Made by a program: the position numbers and the translations under genes
Assembly: GCA_963846545.1 (NCBI GenBank)
Contig: CAWJWG010000001.1
Span: 2,630,515-2,694,514, forward strand
Direction: 5' to 3'
Source: an uncultured Gemmatimonadales bacterium
Lineage (GTDB): Bacteria; Gemmatimonadota; Gemmatimonadetes; Gemmatimonadales; GWC2-71-9
Length of the DNA: 64,000 nt
The notes under the pieces: generated by a model
The model's input: the letters and a program-made list of their open reading frames with translations, nothing else
What the model was told of the DNA's origin: nothing
The model's database searches: none
Part shown: positions 1-11,477 of the stretch, piece by piece
How positions within the stretch are numbered: the stretch's first letter is position 1
Layout: every line of letters begins with the position of its first letter

Positions 1-116
1 GAGGTGCCGGCCGGATCGAACTCGGGCTCCGGAGCGGCGGCATCCTTGCCGCAGGCGGCCAGGGCCGTCAGGGCCAGTGCCGTGAGGGTCCGCTTCGCGA
101 ATTGCGGGACGCGCAT
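1..116 (-). CDS. Lipoprotein, N-terminal part (runs off window edge)
   Basis: Manual translation MRVPQFAKRTLTALALTALAACGKDAAAPEPEFDPAGT; lipobox LAAC; GGAGG upstream. Confidence 0.8.
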   Translation of the reverse strand, partial: MRVPQFAKRTLTALALTALAACGKDAAAPEPEFDPAGT

Positions 117-233
117 GGGTCCAGCCTCCGTACGGCGTGTGCGGGTAGCAGGTCCGAAGTAACTATCGGATAGGGAGATGGAGAGAGGGCCAGGGGCCCT
201 GACTGACCCCTAAGGTGCAACCCGCATGCCGTT

Positions 234-1883
234 CTACTTCGGCACCACCGGCAGTCCCGCCGACTTCCACGCCGTCCACCCGCCCACCAGCGCCTGCGCC
301 TTCTTCCATCCCGCCCGCCTCAGCTCTCGCGCCACACGGGCGCTTGTCGCTTCATCCTGTCAAGTACAGTAGAGGACCAGCGCTCCTCCCTTGTCGAGCT
401 GTTGCTCGCGAGCCAGACGAACCGCGTCCTCGGGGTGCATCCGGATCGCGCCGCGCGCCATCTCCGGATCGTCCCGGTAACTGCGCTCGGTGCGGACGTC
501 GAGCATGGTGACCGGCTCGCCCCGCTCCCACAGCCGGCGCAGCTCGGGGATGGTGATCCGCTCGGGCACCGGCTCGCCGACGTCGATCGTGGCCCCCCGC
601 GCGGCGGGCTCCGCCGGCTCTGCGCCCCCGAACGAGAGCGCCTCCGGCTCCTCGACGCGCGCCGCGGGAGCGGGCGCCGCGTCACTGGTGCCGCTCTTCG
701 GCGCGTTCCGGCGGACGAAGATGGCGATGGCGGCGCCGTGCACGATCACTGACAGCAGCACCACCAGGCAGGTGATCTGGAACAGCCGCACGGCGCCGTC
801 GATTCCGGCGAACACCGGCAGCAGCGCCAGCAGCAGCGCGCTGAGCCCCCGCGGGCCGAGCAGCGCGATGATCCTCCGGTTCGCCGCATCCACGCCGCCG
901 AGGCGGAGCACCGGCAGCAGCACGACGGTCCGGACCGAGAGGGCCACGGCCGCGAAGATCAGCGTGGGCACGTCGGCCACCTCGAAGCCGGTCCAGATGA
1001 TGGACGCCCCGAAGGCGACGAAGGTGAGCAGCAGGAACATCTCGGCCGAGGCCTCCCCGTAGTCGAGGAAGCAGTCGCACAGCTCGACGTCCATCGCGGC
1101 GACGACGAGACCCGCGGCGAACGCGGCCAGGAACCCGCTGCCGCCCACCGCCTCGGCCGCGGCGAAGGCGCTGAACGCCACGCCGAGCGCGTAGAGCGAC
1201 TCGTAGTCGCGCCGGACGCCCATCCGCGACCGCACCCGGTCGAGCAGGGTGATGGCGACGTAGCCGACCACGACGCCGAGCAGCGGGCCGAGGAGGAAGA
1301 GGCCCATCGCCAGGTGACCCACCTCGGCCGCCGTCGCGGCGCCGCCGCTCCGAAGGACCAGCATCGCCAGCACGACCACCGGCAGCAGGATCACGTCGTT
1401 CATCCCGCTCTCCAGCCGGAGCGCGAGCCGCGCGGGCGGCGGGAGAGCGGGGTTCCGCACCAGCGCCCGAAGCAGCACGGGATCGGTCGAGGCGAGCGCG
1501 GCGCCGAGAATCGCGGCCGCCGCGGGGGGGAGGCCCAGCAGGAGACACGCGGCGAGCGCGAGCAGGGCTGCGGGGAGCAGGGTGCCCGGCCCCAGGATGA
1601 GCGCAGCGAGCTTGCGGTGGATCCGCACCTCGCCGATGTCCACCGCGATCGCGTCGGTGAAGAGGACCAGCACCAGGCCCAGGACCGCCAGGACCTCGAT
1701 CGCCTCGGATTCGAGCGTGAGATCCACCACGCCGAGGCCGGCCGGCCCCAGCATGGCGCCGAGGAGGAGGAAGATCCCGACCTGGGGCAAGCCCGACCGC
1801 TCCACGATGCCCGAGAGCAGCGACGCGACGAGGATGACGAGCCCGGTCAGGGCGAGCGCGGCGACGAAGTAGTCGTGGGTCAT
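234..1883 (-). CDS. CPA1 cation:proton antiporter fused to C-terminal rhodanese domain, probable selenocysteine at TGA 360-362
   Basis: Starts MTHDYFVAALAL; motifs ALASTDP and LESGMND; frame continues after VLYCT-TGA as QDEATSARVARELRRAGWKKAQALVGGWTAWKSAGLPVVPK-TAG. Confidence 0.85.
317..362 (-). promoter_or_regulatory. Candidate bacterial SECIS element
   Basis: UGA followed by AGC-GACAA-GCGCC-CGUGU-GGCGC-GAGA-GCU; apical loop 21 nt after UGA with G at loop position 2. Confidence 0.6.
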
Positions 1884-1943
1884 GGAGACAAGTATGAGTC
1901 CGCTCTGGCGGGCTTCGCCAGTCGCGTAGTAACCTGCGGGGAC

Positions 1944-3425
1944 ATGTCCATCAGCGAGCCAGCCGCCACCGCCCTGCTGCTCACGACCTGCGGCATCCTG
2001 CTCGCCGCGAGCGTGCTGTTGAGCCGCGTCTCGCAGCGTGTGGGCGTGCCGATCGCGCTGCTCTTCATCGTCGTCGGCATGCTCGCCGGGTCCGAGGGCA
2101 TCGGCGGGATCGCCTTCTCCGACTACCCATTCGCCTTCCGGATCGGCAGCATCGCCCTGGCGCTGATCCTGTTCGACGGCGGCCTCAACACGCCGATGGA
2201 GGCGGTGCGCCGCTACTGGGCGCCGGCCGGCGTGCTCGCCACGGTGGGCGTGGTGCTCACCGCCGGACTCGTCGCCGTCGCGGCCCACGCCATGGGGCTC
2301 GACTGGCCCGAGGCGATGATCCTCGGCGCCGTCGTGTCCTCCACCGACGCCGCCGCGGTCTTCTCCATCCTCCGGGGCAGCGGGCTCCACCTCAAGCGAC
2401 GGGTGGGCGTCACCCTCGAGCTGGAGTCGGGGCTCAACGATCCCGTCGCCGTCATCCTGACCACCACGCTCACGGCCAACCTGCTGGCCCCCGACGCCGT
2501 GGACGGCTGGGCGCTGACCGGCGAGATCCTGGTCCAGCTCGTGGTCGGCGGACTGGTCGGCATCGCGATCGCGTGGGCCGGGCGCGGGCTGCTCGCCCGG
2601 ATCGGCCTGGTGAGCGGAGGACTCTATCCGCCGCTCACGCTCGCCGTCGCCTTCCTCGCCTTCGGTGTGGCAACGCTCCTGCACGGCAGCGGGTTCCTGG
2701 CGGTCTACCTGGCCGGCCTGCTGCTGGGCAACAGTCCCCTGCCCTACAAGGCCGGCCTGCTCCGGGTGCACGACGCGCTCGCGTGGCTCTCGCAGATCGG
2801 GATGTTCCTGATCCTGGGCCTGCTGGTCTTCCCCAGCCGGCTGCCCGAGGTGGCCGGCATCGGGCTCGCGATCGCGCTCCTGCTCGCGGTGGTGCTGCGG
2901 CCGATCACCGTGGCGCTCTGCCTCCTCCCGTTCCGCTATCCGGCGAAGGAGGTCGCCTTCGTCGGCTGGGTCGGCCTCCGGGGCGCCGTGCCCATCGTGC
3001 TCGGCACCTTCCCCGTGCTCGCTCACGCGCCGGGCGCGGACCGGATCTTTCACCTGGTGTTCTTTCTCGTGGTGGTGAGCGCCTTCATCCCGGGCGGCAC
3101 GGTGGCGTGGGTGACCAGGCGCCTCAAGCTGGAGGCGGCGGAGCCGCCCGCGCCGCGGGGGGTGCTGGCGATCGAGTCGCGCCAGCCGCTCCGCGGCGAG
3201 CTCCATTCCTTCTACATCGATGAGGCACTGGTGGTGGCGGGGCTGTCGCTGGCGGACCTGGATTTCCCGGAGAGCGCGGCAGTGGCACTGATCGTGAGAG
3301 GCGACCAGCTCATCGCGCCCAAGGGCGACACCGTCCTCCGGGTGGGCGACCACGTGTATCTGATCGCCCAGGAGGAGGACCGGCCCTTCGTGCAGTTGAT
3401 GTTCGGGCGGCCGGAGGCTGAATAG
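1944..3425 (+). CDS. Potassium/proton antiporter (NhaP2/CvrA family) with TrkA-C domain
   Basis: MSISEP start; GSEGIGGI, SSTDAAAVF, ESGLNDP, GLRGAVPIVL; C-terminal RCK_C-like region. Confidence 0.9.
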   Translation: MSISEPAATALLLTTCGILLAASVLLSRVSQRVGVPIALLFIVVGMLAGSEGIGGIAFSDYPFAFRIGSIALALILFDGGLNTPMEAVRRYWAPAGVLATVGVVLTAGLVAVAAHAMGLDWPEAMILGAVVSSTDAAAVFSILRGSGLHLKRRVGVTLELESGLNDPVAVILTTTLTANLLAPDAVDGWALTGEILVQLVVGGLVGIAIAWAGRGLLARIGLVSGGLYPPLTLAVAFLAFGVATLLHGSGFLAVYLAGLLLGNSPLPYKAGLLRVHDALAWLSQIGMFLILGLLVFPSRLPEVAGIGLAIALLLAVVLRPITVALCLLPFRYPAKEVAFVGWVGLRGAVPIVLGTFPVLAHAPGADRIFHLVFFLVVVSAFIPGGTVAWVTRRLKLEAAEPPAPRGVLAIESRQPLRGELHSFYIDEALVVAGLSLADLDFPESAAVALIVRGDQLIAPKGDTVLRVGDHVYLIAQEEDRPFVQLMFGRPEAE

Positions 3426-3460
3426 CTAGGAGCTGGAAGCTATTTGCTCATCGAAGAAGG

Positions 3461-6400
3461 TCATCCGGGAGACGAGCGTGGCGCGGAGGCCCGCACGCGC
3501 TCCAGCACCTCGGACACCGTCTGGACCAGCACCTCCGCCGAGAGCGGCTTCTGCAGGAACGGCTCCCGATCGATCCCCATCCCCTGCAGCAGCACCGTGT
3601 CCTTGGGATGTCCCGACATCCAGACTACCGGCAGGTCGGGGAAATCCTCGCGGATGCGCTCGGCGAGATCGCGGCCATCCATGACCGGCATCACCAGGTC
3701 ACTCAGCACCACGTCCACCTCGCCCCGGTGCCGCTCCAGCAGGTCGAGCGCCTCGCGCCCGTTGCGGGCGAGGAGCACGTCATAGCCCGCGGCCACCAGG
3801 GCCCGCTTCATGAGCGAGCGGATGATGTCCTCGTCGTCCACCACCAGGACCGTCGCGGGACTCAGCCGTGCGCGGGGCGCCGCGGCGGCCGACGCCGTCT
3901 GTCCCCCGGGCTCGGTGGCCAGCGGCAGCAGCACGGTGAAGGTGGTGGCCGATCCGGCCGTGCTCTCGGCCCAGATGTGCCCCCGGCTCTGCGCCACGAT
4001 CCCGTGCACCGTCGCCAGACCGAGGCCGGTCCCTTCGCCGATGCCCTTGGTGGTGAAGAAGGGATCGAAGATGTGGGGCATGTCCTCGGGCGAGATGCCC
4101 TCGCCCGAATCGGTCACCGTCAGCGCGGCATAGGGTCCCGCCTCGGCCTCGCGCTCGGGCGCTCCGTTCCAGGTGGCGGTGGCGATGACCAGCTTGCCGC
4201 CGTGGGGCATCGCGTCGCGGGCGTTGATCGCGAGGTTCATCAGCACCTGGAGGAACTGGGCGCGGTCCACCTTCACCCAGCGCGCGCCGGGCGCGAGCTG
4301 CACCACGATCTCGATGTTGCTGCCGATGAGGCGTTGCAGCAGCGACTGGCTGTCCGCCACGGCGGCGTCGAGGTTCACCGCCTCGGGCGACAGCACCTGC
4401 TGCCGGCTGAACGCGAGGAGCTGGTGGGTGAGGCTCGCCATGCGCTCCGACGCCTTCCGCACCTCGTGCAGGTCCTGCAGCGCCTGGGCGCTCAGGCCCG
4501 CATCCCGCTCGACGAAGCTGGTGAAGCCGGCGATCCCCTGGAGCTGGTTGTTGAAGTCGTGGGCCAGCCCGCCGGCCAGCCGGCCGACCGCCTCCATCTT
4601 CGCCGCCTGGCGGAGCCGGTCCTCCGCCTGCCGCTGGTCCTCGATGTCGCTGATGGTGCCGACCCATTCCCTGAGGCGGCCTTCCTCGTCCCGCACGGGC
4701 ACGCCGCGTCCGATCACCTGGCGGTACGCGCCGTCGGCCCGACGGAGGCGGAACCGCATCTCGCCCGGCTGGCCGCTCGCGAGCAGGGCGGACCACTCGG
4801 CCGTGACCCGCTCGAGCTCGGACGGGTGGATGGCCCGCATCGCGCCGCCGTCCTTGTACTCGTCCCAGGTGAGGCCGGTGTACGCCTCGTAGCTGGGCGA
4901 GCGGGTGGTGAAGTTGCCCGCGGCGTCGGTGGTCCAGATGACCTGCGACGTCGCCTCGGCGAGCGAGCGGTAGCGCTGCTCGCTCACCCGCAGCGCGGCG
5001 TTGGCCTCGGCGCGGACCCGCGCCAGGTGCAGCGTGGCGCCCACCCGGGCCTGCAGCTCGCGCGCGGCGAACGGCTTGACCACGTAGTCGTCGGCGCCGG
5101 CCTCGAGGCCCTCCACCCGCGCCTCCTCGCCCGCGCGGGCGGAGAGGAGGATCACCGGGAGGCGCGCGGTACGCGGATCGGTGCGGAGCGCGCGGAGCAG
5201 GCCGAAGCCGTCGAGGACCGGCATCATCACGTCGCTCAACACCAGGTCGGCCCCGCCCTCGTAGGCGATCCGGAGCGCCTCCTCGCCGTTGGCCACCGCG
5301 CGCACATCGTAGCCGTCGTGCAGCAGCCGGCGGACGTAGTCGCGCATGTCGGCGTTGTCGTCGGCCACCACCACGCGGGGCTTCGCCGCCGAGGCCGCGG
5401 GCGTTCCGCCGCCCTCGACCGGCATGGAGGATGCCGGCACCGGCGCGCCGGGGAGCCAGCGGAGCGCCTCCTCGACGTAGGCGTCCGCCTGGGCGGTCGC
5501 GGCCTCGAGCCGGGGCGTGGCGCCGATCCGCTGGGGATCGAGGTGCCCGGTGCCGAGCGGGAGGCGGACGGTGAAGGTGCTGCCGCGCTTCGGCTCGCTT
5601 TCCACGGATACGGTCCCGCCGTGCAGCCGCACCAGCTCCTGCACCAGCGCCAGCCCGATGCCGGTGCCCTCGTGGGTGCGCCCGCGCGCGCCTTCCACCC
5701 GGTGGAAGCGCTCGAAGAGCCGCGGCAGCTCGGCCGCGGGGATGCCGGTGCCGGTGTCGGTCACCGTGACCACGGCCTCGCGCGCGGCGGCGGAGACGGT
5801 CACCCGGATCTCCCCGGCCATGGTGAACTTGAACGCGTTGGAGAGGAGGTTGAGGACCACCTTCTCCCACATGTCGCGGTCCACGTAGACCGGCTCGGGG
5901 AGCGGCGGCGCCTCGACCACGAGCCGGAGTCCCGCGCGGTCGAGCGCCGAGCGGAAGGTCGCCGCCAGCTCGGCCGTGACCGCGGCGAGGTCGGTGGGCT
6001 CGTAGCGCGCCTGCATCCGCCCCGCCTCGATCCGGGAGAAGTCGAGCAGCGTGTTCACCAGCTTGAGCAGCCGGACGCCGTTCCGGTGGGCGGTCTGCAC
6101 CAGGGCGCGCTCGGTCGGCGCGGCGGCGGCGTCCCACTGCGCCAGCACCTCCTCCAGCGGGCCGAGCATGAGGGTGAGCGGGGTGCGGAACTCGTGGCGA
6201 GACGTTGGAGAAGAAGGTGGTCTTGACCCGGTCCAGCTCGGCGAGCGCCTCGACCCGGCGCCGCTCGTCCTCGTAGGCCTGCGCGTTCACCACCGCGCCC
6301 GCGATCTGGGAGACGACCAGCGAGAGAAATCCCTGGTAGCGGTCGTCGTAGAGCCGGTAGGGATTGAGCCCCGCCACGAAGACGCCGGCCTCGACGCCCT

Positions 6401-7247
6401 CGCCCGGCGGTGCCAGCGGCAGGGCGACGGCCTGCGTGGGGGGACGGTCCCAGGCACCGCGGGGGAGGCCGCCGATGGCGGAGAGGTCGGTTATCAGCAG
6501 CGGCCGGCCCACGGCCAGCACCTCCTCGAGCGGCCAGGGCGTGGTCTGCTCGAGGCCGACGCGCAGCGGCGCGCCCGGGTGTCCGGCCGGCAGCCCCGCC
6601 GCCCCGGCGAGGGTCATGCAGCGCCGCTCGGTGTCGAGCAGGTAGATGAGGCCGAACGGGAGGTCGCGCGAATCGCTCTCCAGCGCGCGGGCGCTCAGCG
6701 CGCACGCGTCCTGGACGGTGCGTCCCTGGGCGGCGCGGGCCGCCAGCTCGCGCAGCAGGGCGAGCTGGCGCTCGCTGACGATGCGCACGGTGTCGTCGGA
6801 GTTGGCGCAGAGGATCCCGCCGACGCCGCCCTCGTCGTTGGGCACCGGGCTGTAGGAGAAGGTGTAGTAGGTCTCCTCGGCGTAGCCGTGGCGCTCCATG
6901 ATGAGGAGGAGGGCCTCGTCGTAGGTGCCCTCGTTGCGCTCCATGGCGGAGGCGGCGCGGGGGCCGACGGCGTCCCAGATCTCCCGCCAGACCACGCTGG
7001 CGGGCTGGCCCAGCGCCCGCGGATGCTTGCCGCCGACGATGGTCTTGTACGCGTCGTTGTAGAGATTGATGAGCTGGTCGCCCCACCAGACGAACATCGG
7101 CTGGCGGGAGGTGAGCATGATGCGGACGGCGGTCTTGAGGGCGCGGGGCCACCGGTCCACCGGGCCGAGTGGGGAGGCGGCCCAGTCGTGGCGGCGCATG
7201 AGCTCGCCCAGCTCACCACCGCCGGCGAAGAGATCCTCGGCGGTCAC
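3461..7247 (-). CDS. Hybrid sensor histidine kinase (PAS-like/GAF-HisKA-HATPase-REC-PAS-HisKA-HATPase-REC), split by +1 frameshift near 6196
   Basis: GTG start with GGAGGAG upstream; removing one base restores [21 protein letters not shown]; second H-box LAHDFNN; two receiver domains. Confidence 0.85.
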
Positions 7248-7252
7248 GCCGG

Positions 7253-8116
7253 CTACTCCTCCGCTACGAACCCGATGCTGGGGTCGTCGCCGCAGTCTGT
7301 CCAGGTGATGCGGACGTAGCCCGGCGTCTCGTCGAAGGTGCCGGCCACGCGGAGCTCGCCGTCGTCGAACCGCTGGCCGGTGGCGTCGCAGCTGGCGTCG
7401 TAGTGCAGCGCGGTGGCGGTGGTGACGGTGAGATCGAAGCTCTCGGAGCCGCGGGTCCAGCCCACCGTGCCCGCGACCGTGACCGAGCCGCTGGGGAGCG
7501 GCTGGTTGATCTGGAGCGTGGCCTCGGGGTCGAAGCCGACGGTCCACTGGTGCTCCACCGCCGCGTCGGGCAGGCCGGTGAAGGTGCGCACCACCTGGAG
7601 GTCGGTGGTCTGCTCGAGGCCGGCGGCGCTGCCGGTGAGCGTGACCGTGCCGTTCCGGGTGACGGAGTAGCTCTTGTCGGCGTCGTCGGCGCTGAGGCTG
7701 AAGCGGAGGCCGGTGAGGGTGACGGTGGCGCCGAAGCCGGCGATGTCGGGCGCGGGGTCGGTGATGCGGAGCTGGCCCACCACGTCGAGATTGAACCCGC
7801 GGACGCCCTCGTAGCGGCAGGGCGGCGCGGTGAAGGTGTAGCTCGCGTCGTCGGGCACGCCGTCGCCGTCGGTGTCGGTGGGCGAGCTGGGCGTGACGCA
7901 GGGCTCCACCGCGTTGCCGGTGCTGAAGGGCTGGAGCAGGCGCGCGGGGAAGAAGGCGTCGAGCGAGGCTTCGACGTTGTCGCGCACCGTGAGGCCCACG
8001 GCGGTGGCGGCGTTGTCGGGGAGCGGATCGTCGTCGGGGTCGGTGGAGTCACCGCAGGCGGCTATGGTGAATGCAAGGGCGGTAGCGGTGAACGTATGAC
8101 GGCAAGTGCGGCGCAT
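7253..8116 (-). CDS. Lipoprotein of unknown function
   Basis: MRRTCRHTFTATALAFTIAAC lipobox; Thr-rich beta-type sequence with Cys pairs. Confidence 0.8.
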   Translation of the reverse strand: MRRTCRHTFTATALAFTIAACGDSTDPDDDPLPDNAATAVGLTVRDNVEASLDAFFPARLLQPFSTGNAVEPCVTPSSPTDTDGDGVPDDASYTFTAPPCRYEGVRGFNLDVVGQLRITDPAPDIAGFGATVTLTGLRFSLSADDADKSYSVTRNGTVTLTGSAAGLEQTTDLQVVRTFTGLPDAAVEHQWTVGFDPEATLQINQPLPSGSVTVAGTVGWTRGSESFDLTVTTATALHYDASCDATGQRFDDGELRVAGTFDETPGYVRITWTDCGDDPSIGFVAEE

Positions 8117-8326
8117 GGCCGGGCTCCGGAAGCGAGGTGGTGGTGCAGGGAGCATAGCCCGTAGAGGGGGAGGCCAACAAGACCAACTGAACGGCCAGGG
8201 TCAAGACAAGGGCAGCTCGGCACTTGAGATCGGCTTGACGGTCGAGGGCGAGATCTCTGTTCGAACGCGACGGTGGCCGCCATGGGTGTGTTCGGGGTAG
8301 GCCGCACTCCAACCGAAGAGGGGTAT

Positions 8327-9550
8327 ATGCTGGCACATGTCTGGTGCAGCGGTCGGCCACGCCGGCCCGCAGGGCGGCTCGGCTCCATGCTGGCCCTGGG
8401 CCTCGGGCTCTTCGCGGCGGGCTGTGGCGAAGATGCCGAGTCGCCCACCGGTCCCGGGCTCGACCCGGCCCCCGCCACCGCGGCGGCGAGCGCGCTTGCC
8501 TTTCAGCAGGTCACCGTGGGCTACGGCTTCAGCTGTGGGGTCGCCGCCGACGACCGGGCCTACTGCTGGGGCGAGAACCAGAACGGCTCGCTGGGTGACG
8601 GCACCGGGATCAACCGCACCAGGCCGACCCTCGTGGCGGGCGGGCTGCGATTCCGCAACCTGAGCGCGGGGACCCTGCACATGTGCGGGGTGACCACCGA
8701 CTTCAAGGTGTACTGCTGGGGCTATGGCGCAGAGGGACAGCTGGGAAACGGCACCACCAATCCGGCGCGCCGGAGCCCGGCGCTGGTGGCCGGAGGCCAG
8801 GCCTTCCGCCAGGTGAAGGCGGGGGACGACCACACCTGCGCGATCACCCGCGCGAACGCGGCCTACTGCTGGGGCGCCAACACCGCCGGAGGGCTGGGGG
8901 ACGGCACGACCACCCGGCGGCTCACGCCGGTGAAGGTCAAGGGCGGGCACCAGTGGAGCCAGCTCACCGGAAGCAACGCCTATACCTGCGGCGTGACCCA
9001 GGACGATCTGGCGTACTGCTGGGGCCTCAACACGCTCCCCGACGGCACGGTCATCACTCGGCTCACGCCGACCGCCATCGCCGGCGGGTTGCGGTTCCAG
9101 ATCATCGAATCGGGTGCCGGCCACGTCTGCGCCATCACCACCGCCGACCGGCTCTACTGCTGGGGCTACAACACGGACGGAGAGATCGGGACCGGCGCCA
9201 CCACCAATTACTACCACACGCCAGTCGCGGTCGCCGGGAACCGGCGGTACGCCCAGCTGGGCGCCGGGTATACCCACAGCTGCGCCGTGACGCTGGCCTC
9301 CAAGACCTTCTGCTGGGGATTCAACGGCTCGGGCCAGCTGGGCGACGGGACCGGGACCACGCGAACGGTGCCCACCGCCGTGACCGGCGGCGTGACGTTC
9401 ACCAAGGTGAGTGCCGGCGTCATGCACAGCTGCGGTGTCACCGCGGCGGGCAAGGCGTACTGCTGGGGAAACAATTGGGGTGGCGAGCTGGGGAACGGGA
9501 CGATCAGCTCGGAAGTCCGGAGCCCGGCCGCCGTTGCCCCGCCACTGTGA
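8327..9550 (+). CDS. RCC1/BLIP-II repeat beta-propeller lipoprotein
   Basis: Seven repeats of HxCx(8-9)CWGxNxxGxLG; lipobox AAGC; start could also be 8387. Confidence 0.9.
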   Translation: MLAHVWCSGRPRRPAGRLGSMLALGLGLFAAGCGEDAESPTGPGLDPAPATAAASALAFQQVTVGYGFSCGVAADDRAYCWGENQNGSLGDGTGINRTRPTLVAGGLRFRNLSAGTLHMCGVTTDFKVYCWGYGAEGQLGNGTTNPARRSPALVAGGQAFRQVKAGDDHTCAITRANAAYCWGANTAGGLGDGTTTRRLTPVKVKGGHQWSQLTGSNAYTCGVTQDDLAYCWGLNTLPDGTVITRLTPTAIAGGLRFQIIESGAGHVCAITTADRLYCWGYNTDGEIGTGATTNYYHTPVAVAGNRRYAQLGAGYTHSCAVTLASKTFCWGFNGSGQLGDGTGTTRTVPTAVTGGVTFTKVSAGVMHSCGVTAAGKAYCWGNNWGGELGNGTISSEVRSPAAVAPPL

Positions 9551-10302
9551 CGCACCAGTCAGTGAGGGCCGTGCTCTCGCCCACCAATTGTCACGGCGGG
9601 CGAGAGACAGGGTCCAGGCCTTCGGTCACCACCTGCAGGTCCGCACTGTCCGGCATCCCACGGCGCGCGGCAGGAGTTGAGGACAGGCTGACTGTCCGCG
9701 AACCGGCGCACTCATAGGTACGACAGCCTCCATGCCCCGCTCCGAGCGTTCAGGTCCGCGTACCGCCGGCACAACGGGTACAGCGCCGCGACCAGCCCGA
9801 GTCACACCAGGTAGATCACCGGCAGACCGACCCCGTACCCCTCCGGGAGCCCTTTGGACGCACCGATCACCGAGATCCCCGGGCGACGAGACCGAGGGTC
9901 AGCCGGAGTCACCGAGCGCGTGGCGAAGAGCGCCGCGTCGGTTCGGGCCCAGCCTTACGTGAACGTGGGCTCACTTGCACCGAACCGGAAGGCATTTCCG
10001 GGTAAAGTACCGTGCTCATTGGCGTTCTCCCCTGACCGTAGGGCTCTGCCGACGCGGCGATACCCCTTCGGCGCGCCCTTCCGGCACCGGAGGAGATCGA
10101 TTTCTGCACGGCAACCTTTGCCGTTTGGAACGGTTGAGTCCCGATCTGCCAACCCCTGCGGCGCGACCGTCAAAAAGTTCGACATATCGAGGTTCGGAAC
10201 GCTTGACCCGGACGGGCACGGGACCTTAGTGTGGCAGGCTTCTTCCAGAGATTCGACCGTGTCCCGGAAGCGGAAAGTTTTCCTCTATCCCGCGTGGCCC
10301 CG

Positions 10303-11352
10303 ATGGTCAACAAGTCGGCAACGAACGTCGGCACTCCCTGGCTGGGTTGGGTCGATACGTCGGCCCTCCTGCGGGAGGCGCGCTCGTACGAGCTGGCCGG
10401 GTCGCTGCGCCACGCGGACGCCGCCTACAACGCCCTCATCGTCGCCGCCACCCGGCAGCAGGACCACTCGGCGCTGGCGTCGGCGTTCCGGCACCGCGCG
10501 GTGCTGGCGCACCACGCCGGCGACACGGTGCGCGCGCGGAGCGCGCTGCAGCAGAGCTATGCGATCGCCGCCATGATCGGCGACCGCCGGCTCACGGCGG
10601 AGACGCTCAACACGCTGGGCGGGATCGAGCTGGAGACGCGGAACCTGGTGGCGGCCGAGGTGGCGCTGCTGGAGGCGGAGGCGCTGGCGAGCGAGGATCC
10701 CCTGATCCTGGCGCGGGTGGAGCAGAACCTGGGCATCGTGGCCAACATCCGGGGCCACCACGACACGGCCGAGACCCACTACCGGAAGTCGCTGGCGGCG
10801 TACGAGACGCTGACCGACCCGCACGGCAGCGCGATCGCCCACCACAACCTCGGCATGCTCGCGGCGGACAAGAGCGAGCACCAGACCGCGGTGGGGCACT
10901 TCGATGCCTGCGAGACGCTGGCGGAGCAGAGCCGGGACGCCCACCTGGTGGCGCTGTGCCTGCTGAACCGGGCGGAGGTTCTGCTGGCGCTGGGACGGGC
11001 TGCGGAAGCCCGGCGGGACGTGCGGTCGGCGGAGCTGGGGTTCGAGGCGCTGGGCGCGCATTTCAACGCGGCCGACGTGCGCCGGGTGCTGGGCCTGTGT
11101 GACCTTGCGGACGGGCTCTACGGCCAGGCGGAGACCCGGCTGCTGCAGTCGCGGGAGCTGGCGAAGATGACGGGGGCGCGGCTGACCGAGGCGGAGGCGG
11201 CGCGGGACCTGGGGCGGCTGTATGCACACGAGGGGCGGCTGGGCGAGGCGCAGGAGGCGCTACGGGAGGCGGCGCAGACGTTCGCGGTGCTGGGAGCGGC
11301 GGGGGATGCGGCGGCGGTGGAGCGGGAGATGGAGGGGGTCGTGGCGCAGTAG
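10303..11352 (+). CDS. Stand-alone tetratricopeptide repeat protein
   Basis: TPR patterns TLNTLGGI, VEQNLGIV, AHHNLGML, CLLNRAEV, AARDLGRL; no signal peptide. Confidence 0.85.
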   Translation: MVNKSATNVGTPWLGWVDTSALLREARSYELAGSLRHADAAYNALIVAATRQQDHSALASAFRHRAVLAHHAGDTVRARSALQQSYAIAAMIGDRRLTAETLNTLGGIELETRNLVAAEVALLEAEALASEDPLILARVEQNLGIVANIRGHHDTAETHYRKSLAAYETLTDPHGSAIAHHNLGMLAADKSEHQTAVGHFDACETLAEQSRDAHLVALCLLNRAEVLLALGRAAEARRDVRSAELGFEALGAHFNAADVRRVLGLCDLADGLYGQAETRLLQSRELAKMTGARLTEAEAARDLGRLYAHEGRLGEAQEALREAAQTFAVLGAAGDAAAVEREMEGVVAQ

Positions 11353-11420
11353 CAGCTGTTGAGCAACACGTCGCTTGATTACAAACCGTCAATTGATTCA
11401 GTCTTCCGTCCAAGTTTGAA

Positions 11421-11449
11421 TTGACGAACTCTTGTAGCTCGAGCATAAT
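11421..11449 (+). promoter_or_regulatory. Sigma70-type promoter of BTAD-STAND regulator
   Basis: TTGACG-17 bp-CATAAT, 28 nt upstream of ATG 11478. Confidence 0.65.
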
Positions 11450-11477
11450 CTCGGAGTACCTTGCTCCGAGGTCCTCC

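Noticed and set aside
8500-9510. Periodic TACTGCTGGGG repeats as a CRISPR-like array
   Set aside because: They encode the YCWG motif of RCC1 repeats
9626-9715. 29-aa Cys-containing minus-strand ORF MSAPVRGQSACPQLLPRAVGCRTVRTCRW after GGAGG
   Set aside because: Long RBS spacing, no modifying enzymes nearby, composition looks random
10107-10123. Palindrome ACGGCAA-CCT-TTGCCGT upstream of the TPR gene
   Set aside because: Could be an activator site, but single copy and no convincing sigma54 promoter downstream
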